DNA from: Oscillospiraceae bacterium
GTDB lineage: Bacteria; Bacillota; Clostridia; Oscillospirales; Oscillospiraceae
Direction: 5' to 3'
Length of the DNA: 64,000 bases
NCBI GenBank assembly: GCA_009781695.1
Contig: WQVH01000003.1
Location: 12,535 to 76,534, forward strand
Made by a program: the position numbers and the translations under genes. How positions within the stretch are numbered: the first letter of the stretch is position 1; every line of letters starts with the position of its first letter. The notes beneath the pieces are model-generated. The model ran no database searches. It saw only the letters and a list, made by a program, of their open reading frames with translations, and was not told the DNA's origin. Shown here in pieces: positions 28,291-36,873 of the stretch.

Positions 28291-29961
28291 ATGTTCGTAA
28301 ATATGAAATTATTAGGTAATTTTAAAGGTGGCCGACATTTGAGCAAAAATGCAACCAAAGAGACATTGGATGCTTCTATAGATGAAAAAAAAGGAAAGAA
28401 ATCTAAGCGTCCCAGAAGTATTATCAAAATTATTCTCTTGAGTATTGCCGTAGTTATAGTTGCGGCTGTTGCTGTAGTTGCACTGGATATATTTGCAGAC
28501 ACCGAAATGATTGTAAGACCGCCAGAAATTAATCTAGAACCTAGACCCAGAGCAACACAGGGGCCTATTGATTCGGATAGTCCGGACAGTCCGAGCACAC
28601 CAACAGAATCTTTAAACTTAAGAACCCCTGCGGGACTTGATGCAAAATATACTTTTTTGATCCTCGGTACAGATGATGGCAGCAACACAGATGCGATTAT
28701 GGTTGCGACATTAGATCTGGGCGCTGAAACTTTGAATATAGTGAATATCCCGCGTGATACGATGGTCAATGTAGGATGGAATACCCGAAAAGCGAACTCT
28801 ATTTACGCCAATATGCGTCATCAAAATAGAAATGCAGAAGATCGTATGGCCGCGACGATGCAAGCGACTGTTGAGCGGTTTGCGGACATTCTGGGATTCG
28901 AAGTGGATTATTGGGTGATGCTGGACTTAAGGGCTCTTTCCAGACTTGTTGATTCCGTTGGTGGCGTCAACTTCTATGTTCCGGTCAATATGAATTATCG
29001 CGATACGGCTGATGGACTGCATATAAACTTTAGAAGAGGGATGCAGCATATCAATGGTCAGCAAGCGTCGGAACTGCTGAGATTTCGTAGTTTTGCAAGT
29101 GGTGACCTTGGAAGAATCAATGTTCAGCAACAGTTTCTCACTGCTGCAATTGAGCAGATTATTGCCAATAGAGACGCTATAAGTGTGACGGATTTAGCAA
29201 GTATTTTCCTTAATTATGTGCAAACGAACTTGTACTCTCCACCGCTTCATCTGGATCTTGTTTGGCTCGGAACGCAATTTTTACGGAGAATTGATCCGGA
29301 AAATGTCAACTTCATCACCATGCCGGTTCATAATGATTCTGTCGGTGGTGTCTCCTATGTTTCAATACTCCTTGATGCATGGCTTGAGATATTAAACGAA
29401 AAGATTAATCCATTCTTCGAAGATAAAACTGTGGAAGATCTCAGTATACTTACACGCGGACCGGACAGACGGCTCTTCGTCACCGATGGCAATTGGGCAG
29501 GCAGTTCGAATTGGGGCGCAACGAGCAGAGGCCCGGCTTCGCCGCAAGCCAATACCGGAGGACTTCATGTCACCGGCGGCGGTGCAAATCAAGGCACTCC
29601 GGCTACTCCACCACCGTCAGGAAACGGCGGCACACCGACTGCACCTACTACTCCGAATGCCGGTACTGTTCCTGCCGATCCGCCACCGGTAACCAATGGC
29701 GAAAATGAAGATGATGGACGGTCCGATGATTATCTCGATGATCAGACGGATCACGAGCCGGATGATGATTATTTCTCGAATCCGGACGAAAGCGCTGAGC
29801 CTGCGGAAGCGCCAAATGCATCGGAAGACACGGATATTCAAGAGGGTCTGTCTGATTACATCAGTGCAGTACCGGAACCTGAGCCGCCAATAACCGATCA
29901 TGCCAATTCCGGAGCGCTTCCGGCGGATACACCCGGTTCTACAGAGGTGATGGAGTATTAA
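28291..29961 (+). CDS. LytR-CpsA-Psr (LCP) family cell-wall glycopolymer transferase with a Pro/Asp/Glu-rich C-terminal tail
   Basis: Basic N-terminus and one TM segment. LCP core (FLILGTDDGSNTDAIMVATLD, NIPRDT, LRFR). The last ~145 aa are low complexity. The start could instead be the ATG at 28303. Confidence 0.88.
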   Translation: MFVNMKLLGNFKGGRHLSKNATKETLDASIDEKKGKKSKRPRSIIKIILLSIAVVIVAAVAVVALDIFADTEMIVRPPEINLEPRPRATQGPIDSDSPDSPSTPTESLNLRTPAGLDAKYTFLILGTDDGSNTDAIMVATLDLGAETLNIVNIPRDTMVNVGWNTRKANSIYANMRHQNRNAEDRMAATMQATVERFADILGFEVDYWVMLDLRALSRLVDSVGGVNFYVPVNMNYRDTADGLHINFRRGMQHINGQQASELLRFRSFASGDLGRINVQQQFLTAAIEQIIANRDAISVTDLASIFLNYVQTNLYSPPLHLDLVWLGTQFLRRIDPENVNFITMPVHNDSVGGVSYVSILLDAWLEILNEKINPFFEDKTVEDLSILTRGPDRRLFVTDGNWAGSSNWGATSRGPASPQANTGGLHVTGGGANQGTPATPPPSGNGGTPTAPTTPNAGTVPADPPPVTNGENEDDGRSDDYLDDQTDHEPDDDYFSNPDESAEPAEAPNASEDTDIQEGLSDYISAVPEPEPPITDHANSGALPADTPGSTEVMEY

Positions 29962-30117
29962 ATAAGCGTTACTTCACCCGAAGAATCTTAAAATGATACA
30001 AATATACCGGAAATTATCCTTCGCTTTGCTCAAGATGACCTATTAAGCTATTGCTTAATATACCTTACATGGTGTATAGTGGCTTATAAATAGTTTTGAA
30101 AGGATTGTATTATATTA

Positions 30118-30477
30118 ATGCTGACACCAAAAGAAATTGCCGAGCTGATCGTTCAAACGTTAGACAATAAAAAAGCACAGGACATTAAACTACTTAAGAC
30201 ACATAATATCACTGTTTTGGCTGACTATTTTGCAATATGCACAGCGACATCAACAACACAATTAAAGACATTATCCGATGAAGTTGAAAAAGTTCTGAAA
30301 GACAAAGGTGAAATGCCGTTGCGCAGGGAAGGGCATAGAACCGGCGGGTGGGTGCTGATCGACTTTGGCTGCGTTGTTGTGCATCTGTTTTTGCAAGAAG
30401 CGCGTGAATTTTACACACTGGAGAGACTCTGGAGCGATGCACAAGACATTGATATCACTGATATCGTGACACAATGA
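30118..30477 (+). CDS. rsfS: ribosome silencing factor RsfS (iojap family)
   Basis: 119 aa. DYFAICTATSTTQ and GWVLIDFGCVVVHLF motifs. Conserved position downstream of nadD/yqeK. Confidence 0.93.
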   Translation: MLTPKEIAELIVQTLDNKKAQDIKLLKTHNITVLADYFAICTATSTTQLKTLSDEVEKVLKDKGEMPLRREGHRTGGWVLIDFGCVVVHLFLQEAREFYTLERLWSDAQDIDITDIVTQ

Positions 30478-30550
30478 TTTAATGACATGACGATTACACG
30501 CTGTATAAAATATACGGCGTGTAAAATAGCATTTAGAGAGGGAAATCGAA

Positions 30551-32947
30551 ATGAAATATGAGTTTGGCATCATTGAAAAAAAATGGCAGGACAGGTGGGA
30601 GCGAGAGCAGTCGTTTGCCGCTGTGACCGGAAGCCTTAAGCCTAAGTGCTACTTACTTATTGAATTTCCATATCCTTCGGGTGATGGTTTACATGTGGGT
30701 CATCCGCGCCCATTTACCGCTATGGACATTGTGTCTCGTAAGCGCAGAATGCAGGGATTCAATGTACTGTACCCTATGGGATTTGATGCTTTCGGTCTAC
30801 CGACCGAAAATTATGCTATAAAGAACAAAATTCATCCAAGGATTGTTACTCAAGACAATATCAAGCGCTTTACAGCGCAGCTGAAAATGCTTGGATATAG
30901 TTTCGATTGGGATCGATGTGTGGATACTACCGATCCTGAATATTATAAATGGACACAGTGGATATTTTTAAAGCTATTTGAAAATGGTCTGGCCTACAAG
31001 GCACAGATTCCGGTCAATTGGTGTACTTCATGTCTGTGTGTGCTTGCTAATGAGGAAGTTGTTGATGGGGGCTGTGAACGTTGCGGCGCTGCTGTTGTCA
31101 GGCGTGAGAAGAGCCAGTGGATGCTCGGTATCACAAAATATGCGCAAAGGCTATTAGATGACCTTGATGATGTTGACTATGTTGAGCGTGTGAAAATTCA
31201 ACAGAAAAACTGGATCGGACGAAGTGTCGGTGCGGAAATTGATTTTAAGACCACCACAGGTGATGCTATCAGGGTCTTTACAACCAGACAGGATACACTT
31301 TTCGGCGCAACGTATATGGTAATTTCACCTGAGCATCCCTTGCTTGAGCAGTGGACACCCGAAAACATCAGTGAAATCAAAGCATATCAGGCTGCCGCTG
31401 CATTAAAGTCAGATTTCGAACGCACAGAGCTCTCAAAGGATAAAACCGGTGTGGAAATTAAGGGCATCAGAGCGATAAATCCGGGTACCGGAAATAAAAT
31501 CCCAATTTATATTTCTGACTATGTTTTAGCTACTTATGGAACAGGAGCCATCATGGCTGTTCCGGGACATGACACCAGAGACTGGGAATTTGCAACCAAA
31601 TTCGGCATTCCGATCATTGAAGTCGTATCGGGCGGTGATGTCACGAAAGAGGCGCATATCGACTGCGAATCCGGAACTATGGTCAATTCAGGATTTATCG
31701 ATGGATTGAGTGTCGTAGAGGCCAAGGCGAAAATCAATGCATGGCTCTTGCAAAGCGGTATCGGTGAAGAAAAAGTCAATTACAAACTCAGAGACTGGGT
31801 GTTTTCTCGCCAGAGATATTGGGGAGAACCCATACCTGTAGTTTATTGCGAGACTTGCGGATATGTTGCACTGCCGGAAAGCGATCTGCCGCTGATCTTG
31901 CCGGATGTCGAAAATTATGAGACGACGGATACGGGAGAAAGTCCGCTTGCAGCGATGACAGATTGGATCACAACGACTTGTCCGCAATGCTCCGGACCTG
32001 CACAGCGTGAAACGGACACCATGCCGCAGTGGGCGGGTTCCAGTTGGTATTTTCTCAGATATACGGATCCTGATAATCAAAATGCACTGGCTTCACGTGA
32101 GGCTATTGATTATTGGACTCCGGTGGATTGGTATAATGGTGGTATGGAACACACTACGCTTCATTTGCTATATTCACGTTTTTGGAACAAGTTTTTATAT
32201 GATATCGGTGTTGTGCCGACCGCAGAGCCGTATGCCAAGCGCACGTGTCATGGCATGATACTCGGTGAAGATGGCCAGAAAATGAGCAAATCACGCGGAA
32301 ATGTGGTCAATCCGGATGATATTGTAAAAGAGTTCGGTGCGGATACCCTCAGGCTTTATATCATGTTTATCGGTGACTTTGAGAAGGCTGCGCCATGGTC
32401 TCAAAATGCCGTCAAGGGTTGCAAGCGCTTTCTTGATCGTGTATGGAATGTGTCTGAAAAGAAGTTGAGCGGCGATGATATTTCAAAAGCGCACGAACTT
32501 GCTGTACATCGTGCAATAAAGAAAGTCGGCGCAGATATTGAGAATTTAAAATTTAATACAGCCATTGCGACTTTGATGGCACTCGTTAATGATTTCTTTG
32601 ATACAGCGCCGTCTCGCGGTGATATTAAGACGTTACTCATGCTTTTGTCGCCATTTGCACCGCACATTTCCGAAGAATTGTGGGAAATTCAAGGATTTGA
32701 CGGCTTGGCCGCCGAGCAGCCTTGGCCCGAGTATGACGAGGCAAAGACCATTGATTCAACATGTGAGATTGCAGTGCAGATCGGCGGAAAGCTACGCAGT
32801 ACAATCCAGGTGCCGCTGGACTCAGACGACAGTGTTGTTATTGACACTGCCAAAGCCGATGACAAGATCATACGTTATATTGAGGGTAAAGAAATTGTCC
32901 GTACTATTGTTGTTAAGAATAAGCTGATTAATTTAATTGTGAAGTAA
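30551..32947 (+). CDS. leuS: leucyl-tRNA synthetase
   Basis: Class I HIGH variant (GLHVGH) and KMSKS. CP1 editing domain and a Zn-binding Cys cluster. 798 aa. Confidence 0.97.
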   Translation: MKYEFGIIEKKWQDRWEREQSFAAVTGSLKPKCYLLIEFPYPSGDGLHVGHPRPFTAMDIVSRKRRMQGFNVLYPMGFDAFGLPTENYAIKNKIHPRIVTQDNIKRFTAQLKMLGYSFDWDRCVDTTDPEYYKWTQWIFLKLFENGLAYKAQIPVNWCTSCLCVLANEEVVDGGCERCGAAVVRREKSQWMLGITKYAQRLLDDLDDVDYVERVKIQQKNWIGRSVGAEIDFKTTTGDAIRVFTTRQDTLFGATYMVISPEHPLLEQWTPENISEIKAYQAAAALKSDFERTELSKDKTGVEIKGIRAINPGTGNKIPIYISDYVLATYGTGAIMAVPGHDTRDWEFATKFGIPIIEVVSGGDVTKEAHIDCESGTMVNSGFIDGLSVVEAKAKINAWLLQSGIGEEKVNYKLRDWVFSRQRYWGEPIPVVYCETCGYVALPESDLPLILPDVENYETTDTGESPLAAMTDWITTTCPQCSGPAQRETDTMPQWAGSSWYFLRYTDPDNQNALASREAIDYWTPVDWYNGGMEHTTLHLLYSRFWNKFLYDIGVVPTAEPYAKRTCHGMILGEDGQKMSKSRGNVVNPDDIVKEFGADTLRLYIMFIGDFEKAAPWSQNAVKGCKRFLDRVWNVSEKKLSGDDISKAHELAVHRAIKKVGADIENLKFNTAIATLMALVNDFFDTAPSRGDIKTLLMLLSPFAPHISEELWEIQGFDGLAAEQPWPEYDEAKTIDSTCEIAVQIGGKLRSTIQVPLDSDDSVVIDTAKADDKIIRYIEGKEIVRTIVVKNKLINLIVK

Positions 32948-32961
32948 GGAGCGTATAAAAT

Positions 32962-33249
32962 ATGACCGACTACGGCTATTACATTATGTTAATATGCATT
33001 ATCGTGGCTATATTAATCATTGGCATTGTTCGCAGATATATAATTTTAAAGCGATTTGATAAAGTCACTCATAACATGGATTACCACGAAGTAGTTTCAA
33101 TTGTTGGCAAACCACACAACAGAAATCATGCATCAGGCGGTCACGATATCATGACATGTACTTGGAAATACAAATTTTCACGCTATAAGCATACCATTAA
33201 AATCGTCGTATTAAAAAACAATCGAGTAGTCTCAATAACAGATGGCTAG
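32962..33249 (+). CDS. small single-pass membrane protein, unknown function (BamE/SmpA-like small beta domain is a guess)
   Basis: 95 aa. N-terminal TM YYIMLICIIVAILIIGIV. GGAG RBS overlaps the leuS stop region. About 30% GC by hand count. Confidence 0.5.
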   Translation: MTDYGYYIMLICIIVAILIIGIVRRYIILKRFDKVTHNMDYHEVVSIVGKPHNRNHASGGHDIMTCTWKYKFSRYKHTIKIVVLKNNRVVSITDG

Positions 33250-33298
33250 TGCGAATCTGGGACATAATTCCACTATGTTCCAATCTCTTCTCCTCTTC

Positions 33299-33332
33299 AC
33301 AATTGAACAAAATTTTTATTTTGTTCAATTGT
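33299..33332. repeat. 34-bp AT-rich palindrome (15-bp arms, TTTT centre)
   Basis: ACAATTGAACAAAAT-TTTT-ATTTTGTTCAATTGT has perfect arms. It lies between the small ORF and the recombinase gene. No U-tract on either side. Confidence 0.8.
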
Positions 33333-33441
33333 TGGTGGATGTGCCAATAGCCTTTCCTTTTAATATAATCTATAATAACGTAAGCGATAATAATTTCAAC
33401 TTTATGATTAAGCGATATCAAGCTGATAAAGGAATACAATT

Positions 33442-34440
33442 ATGAACTACAGAACTGAATCCCCTGAAATAATTCGAGAATTTTTATTCTATCATGAAAC
33501 CATCAAAGGTCATTCTAAAAAAACCGTCGATGAATATTTTTTAGATTTGCGCACATTTTTTCGCTATATGAAAATCCATAAGAATCTGATTGCTCGTGAT
33601 ACGCCATTTGAAGAAATTTCCATTATGGATATCAATCTCAATTTTGTTGAAAAAATTACAGTTTCAGATATTTATGAATATTTAGCATTTCTCTCACGTG
33701 ACAGGCCTAAGCAACAAAATAGCCGAAATACGGACTATGGATTAAATGCAAACAGCCGCGCCAGAAAAGTTGCAGTCATCCGATCATACTATAAGTATTT
33801 AACGCTAAAAGCAAAAAAACTCAGCGAAAGCCCGGTCGCTGATATGGATTCACCCAAATTACGCAAATCGCTTCCTCGCTTTCTCAGTCTTGATGAAAGC
33901 GTACGACTTTTGGACAAAGTGGATGGCAAGCATCGTGCGCGTGACTTGTGTATTTTGATTATATTTCTCAACTGCGGACTGCGTATTTCAGAACTTGCCG
34001 GACTTGATCTTACCGATTTGCGAGAAGACCATATCAGGGTCATTGGCAAAGGTAATAAAGAAAGAGTCGTTTATATCAATGATGCTTGTGCCGAAGCAAT
34101 TAATGAACATATAAAAATCAGAAAGAATATAACTGCAACTGATGGGCGTGCACTATTTCTCTCCAGTCGCCGCACCAGAATAAGTACGTCCACAATCCAT
34201 GCTCTGGTAAAAAAACACCTGTTGGCTGCCGGACTTGATAGCACAAAATATTCTTCACACAAGCTGCGTCATACCGCGGCTACACTCATGCTCAAAAGCG
34301 GTGTAGATGTCCGCACACTTCAAGAACTGCTGGGACATGAACATTTAAACACAACGCAAATCTATACGCATATAGAAAACAGCAGCCTGCGAGATGCTGC
34401 AAGCCGCTCCCCTCTTTCAGGATATAAAAAGAAGACCTAA
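33442..34440 (+). CDS. XerC/XerD-family tyrosine recombinase
   Basis: N-terminal SAM-like core-binding domain. The catalytic set is complete: R (GLRISEL), K (GKGNKERVV), HxxR (HKLRHTAA), and H/Y (LLGHEHLNTTQIYTH). RBS AAAGGAA lies 7 nt upstream. Confidence 0.9.
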   Translation: MNYRTESPEIIREFLFYHETIKGHSKKTVDEYFLDLRTFFRYMKIHKNLIARDTPFEEISIMDINLNFVEKITVSDIYEYLAFLSRDRPKQQNSRNTDYGLNANSRARKVAVIRSYYKYLTLKAKKLSESPVADMDSPKLRKSLPRFLSLDESVRLLDKVDGKHRARDLCILIIFLNCGLRISELAGLDLTDLREDHIRVIGKGNKERVVYINDACAEAINEHIKIRKNITATDGRALFLSSRRTRISTSTIHALVKKHLLAAGLDSTKYSSHKLRHTAATLMLKSGVDVRTLQELLGHEHLNTTQIYTHIENSSLRDAASRSPLSGYKKKT

Positions 34441-34499
34441 GCATAATACACCATATCGGATTGCACTTAAAAATATTTTCAAAGACGACGAATTAAACA

Positions 34500-34538
34500 C
34501 TGATTCAGTTACCGAGGATCTCTCGGTAACTGAATCAG
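34500..34538. terminator. perfect 17-bp inverted repeat between convergent genes (likely bidirectional or D,D-carboxypeptidase terminator)
   Basis: CTGATTCAGTTACCGAG-GATCT-CTCGGTAACTGAATCAG. It sits 26 nt downstream of the minus-strand gene stop and 59 nt downstream of the recombinase stop. The T-run is only modest, and only on the minus side. Confidence 0.6.
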
Positions 34539-34564
34539 ATGGTAAAAATCACTATTTCAAGTTG

Positions 34565-35950
34565 CTATTCATGCTCAAAAGGATCAGGCAATCGTGTATC
34601 TATGATAACCGTACGCACCTCGCCAATCCAATTCACCTCAAACCCGATCAGATCTGCAAGTGTACGCAGCCTAAAGAAATTAAATCCGTCAATTAAATAT
34701 GCGTCAACAGCGTGTGATGCGCCATTCCAATAAAGTCTTGAAGGTGTCGTTCTAAACGGTCGTGCTCCCGGCACGGCAAGAGAAAGCTCAGTACCATCAG
34801 ATGTGTAATGCATACCACCTATGAGATGTATTGCATTTGCAGATGCATTCCATGCGACCTCAAATTGTCTTTCTGTACCGTTGAGCAGATATGCAATGTC
34901 TCGCAACTTAAAATAATGATATCCGTCAATCAAATACGCTGATATGGGCATTTGTGTCCCGCCATTGAGAATAAGATTGGCTTCCGAAGGATTAGCCAGT
35001 CCATCGGCAGGTTCGGGCGATTCAGGTAATTCTGGTATTTCAGGTATTTCTGGCAATTCGGGCGGTGTGGGGGGCTGCGGAGGTTGTTGGGAAACAGGTC
35101 CGACAATACGATCAGCGTTTGCAAATCCCCATTCCAACAGCGTCTCAGTATCAGGAAAACGTGTTTCTAAAGTGTTGCCCATAACTACTGTAATCAGTCT
35201 GCGGCCATCGCGGTAAGCTGTTCCTACCAAACAGAAGCCTGCCGGTGTTGTGAATCCGGTCTTTAGCCCATCGGCACCTTCAAATCTGGTCAAAAGATGA
35301 TTGGTGTTTATCATCGGGTCGCCGCCCTGCCAGCTGACATTTCTCATAGATGTAAAATCAAGCACATGCGGATGATCCATAATTAAATGTCTCATCATCC
35401 AAGCCAGTGCAAGCGGAGAAATGCGATTGTTGGGCGAAATGCCAAAACTATCAGTAAATGTAGCTCGGATGTTCAGTGATCTGGCTTTTGCATTCATTTG
35501 CGCGACAAGCGCCTGATCACTCCCGAATATCCCCTCTCCAAGTGCAACTGTGGCACCATTGGCAGAGCGGATAATGACTACTTCAAGCAGCTCCCGAACC
35601 GTATGATACGCACCTGCATTGAGCGGCACATTGGACCAACCGGGTGTCCGGGACAAGGTTGCCACATTCTGACTGATTCTTATCCTTGAGTCCATGGTCG
35701 CTTCACCATCTCTAATTGCGTCCAATACCACATGGACTGCGACCATTTTTATCATGCTGGCAGGGACGCGCTGTGTTCTGGCATCACGCTCAAACAAGGG
35801 CGTTCCTGTTTCAAAATCTATAACAACTGCACCTCTGGAGGTTATCACCGGATTGTGTGCAGTAGAAGCTTGCACATATATAGGAACAACTAAAGAAACC
35901 ACAATGACCAACGCTAAAATAATCGCAACTTTTCTACCTAATCTTCTCAT
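34565..35950 (-). CDS. S11 D-alanyl-D-alanine carboxypeptidase (PBP5-like) with Pro/Glu linker and two copper-amine-oxidase-N-like repeats
   Basis: Signal peptide. SxxK active site (ASMIKMV), SxN (RSANGA) and KTG (LKTGFT). PPQPPTPPELPEIPEIPELPESPEP linker. Two YLIDG(Y/F)x(Y/F)F(K/R)LR repeats. Confidence 0.88.
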   Translation of the reverse strand: MRRLGRKVAIILALVIVVSLVVPIYVQASTAHNPVITSRGAVVIDFETGTPLFERDARTQRVPASMIKMVAVHVVLDAIRDGEATMDSRIRISQNVATLSRTPGWSNVPLNAGAYHTVRELLEVVIIRSANGATVALGEGIFGSDQALVAQMNAKARSLNIRATFTDSFGISPNNRISPLALAWMMRHLIMDHPHVLDFTSMRNVSWQGGDPMINTNHLLTRFEGADGLKTGFTTPAGFCLVGTAYRDGRRLITVVMGNTLETRFPDTETLLEWGFANADRIVGPVSQQPPQPPTPPELPEIPEIPELPESPEPADGLANPSEANLILNGGTQMPISAYLIDGYHYFKLRDIAYLLNGTERQFEVAWNASANAIHLIGGMHYTSDGTELSLAVPGARPFRTTPSRLYWNGASHAVDAYLIDGFNFFRLRTLADLIGFEVNWIGEVRTVIIDTRLPDPFEHE

Positions 35951-35989
35951 TAAACTTCCCCATCAAAAATTTTATTTAGTCCATGAAAT

Positions 35990-36865
35990 CTATTTATGCG
36001 CCCACTCTTTGTGCTGGAGTGCTTGCTTGTGAAGCCGAGCATAACTTTCCATACGCGTCTTTTGTACACTGCCCTGTTTGAGCGCTTCTAAAATACTGCA
36101 TCCGGGTTCTTGGATATGCGCACAATCTAAAAATCGGCAACCACCAATGTATGGCTCAAAATCAGGAAATAAAGTGTGAAGCGCTGACGGCGCTGCCAAT
36201 CTTTCAGTGTCAAATGCGGAAAAACCGGGTGTATCAGCAATGATTGCTCCGCATTTCAATCGAAATAACTCTACATGTCGTGTTGTGTGTCGTCCTCTGC
36301 CGAGCTTTCTACTCACCTCACCGACCGAAATGTCAAATTCCGGGTCAAGTGCATTGAGAATGCTGGACTTCCCCACCCCGGAATTTCCGGTAAAAGCACA
36401 AATACAACCCTCAATGGCTCTTTGTAACTGATCCAGTCCCTCACCGGTTTTTACACTTGTCTTGACTGTGCAAAATCCGGCAGCGCTATATATATCATAC
36501 AGCCTATCGGCCGGGTCTAAATCAATTTTATTGATACAAATCACAGTTTCGCAGCCATTTTTGTGCGCAACAACCGTCATCCGATCAATAAGATAAGGAT
36601 CGGTAACCGGTATTGCGCCGGATGCGATGATCACCAATTTATCAATATTTGCAATCGGTGGTCTCACAAAAGCGTTCTTTCGCGGTAAAACGGAATCTAA
36701 AATCCCCTTGCCCTGCTCAGTTTCCTTAACTAAAACCCGATCACCAACAAGTGGTGTAATATTTTCCAGACGAAACTTGCCTCGCGCTCTGCACTCGATT
36801 ATCGCTCCGGCAGATTCAACATAATAAAATCCACTCAGCGCTTTGAAAATAATTCCCTCTACCAT
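35990..36865 (-). CDS. rsgA: ribosome small-subunit biogenesis GTPase RsgA (YloQ/CpgA)
   Basis: OB N-terminus (GIIFKALSGFYYVE..VGDRV). Circularly permuted GTPase motifs (NKIDL.., GNSGVGKSSILNAL). Zn finger CRFLDCAHIQEPGC. ATG at 36865 lies 8 nt after the prkC stop. Confidence 0.95.
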   Translation of the reverse strand: MVEGIIFKALSGFYYVESAGAIIECRARGKFRLENITPLVGDRVLVKETEQGKGILDSVLPRKNAFVRPPIANIDKLVIIASGAIPVTDPYLIDRMTVVAHKNGCETVICINKIDLDPADRLYDIYSAAGFCTVKTSVKTGEGLDQLQRAIEGCICAFTGNSGVGKSSILNALDPEFDISVGEVSRKLGRGRHTTRHVELFRLKCGAIIADTPGFSAFDTERLAAPSALHTLFPDFEPYIGGCRFLDCAHIQEPGCSILEALKQGSVQKTRMESYARLHKQALQHKEWAHK

Positions 36866-36873
36866 AAGCACAA

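Noticed and set aside
28257-28769. 170-aa minus-strand ORF at the start of the LCP gene
   Set aside because: It is antisense to the LCP N-terminus and overlaps the nadD::yqeK stop. All neighbours are plus-strand and tightly packed.
33257-33284. Possible dif-like site CTGGGACATAA-TTCCAC-TATGTTCCAAT (imperfect GGxACATA inverted repeat); also an AT-rich TTCCT..AATATAAT..TAT stretch near 33345-33380
   Set aside because: There is only partial resemblance to the XerC/XerD 11-6-11 consensus as I remember it. The right arm lacks the TTATG(T/A)AA core, and the match is easily produced by chance in AT-rich DNA. I kept it as something for a proper profile search to test, not as a call.
33197-33445. 80-aa (minus) and 67-aa (plus) ORFs in the AT-rich spacer before the recombinase gene
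   Set aside because: They are mutually overlapping ORFs in about 25% GC DNA. They run through the 34-bp palindrome and have no RBS, which is expected by chance in AT-rich sequence lacking stops in some frames.
34394-34733. 100-aa and 64-aa plus-strand ORFs crossing the convergence gap
   Set aside because: They overlap the recombinase 3' end, the 17-bp hairpin and the carboxypeptidase 3' end. They have no start signals.
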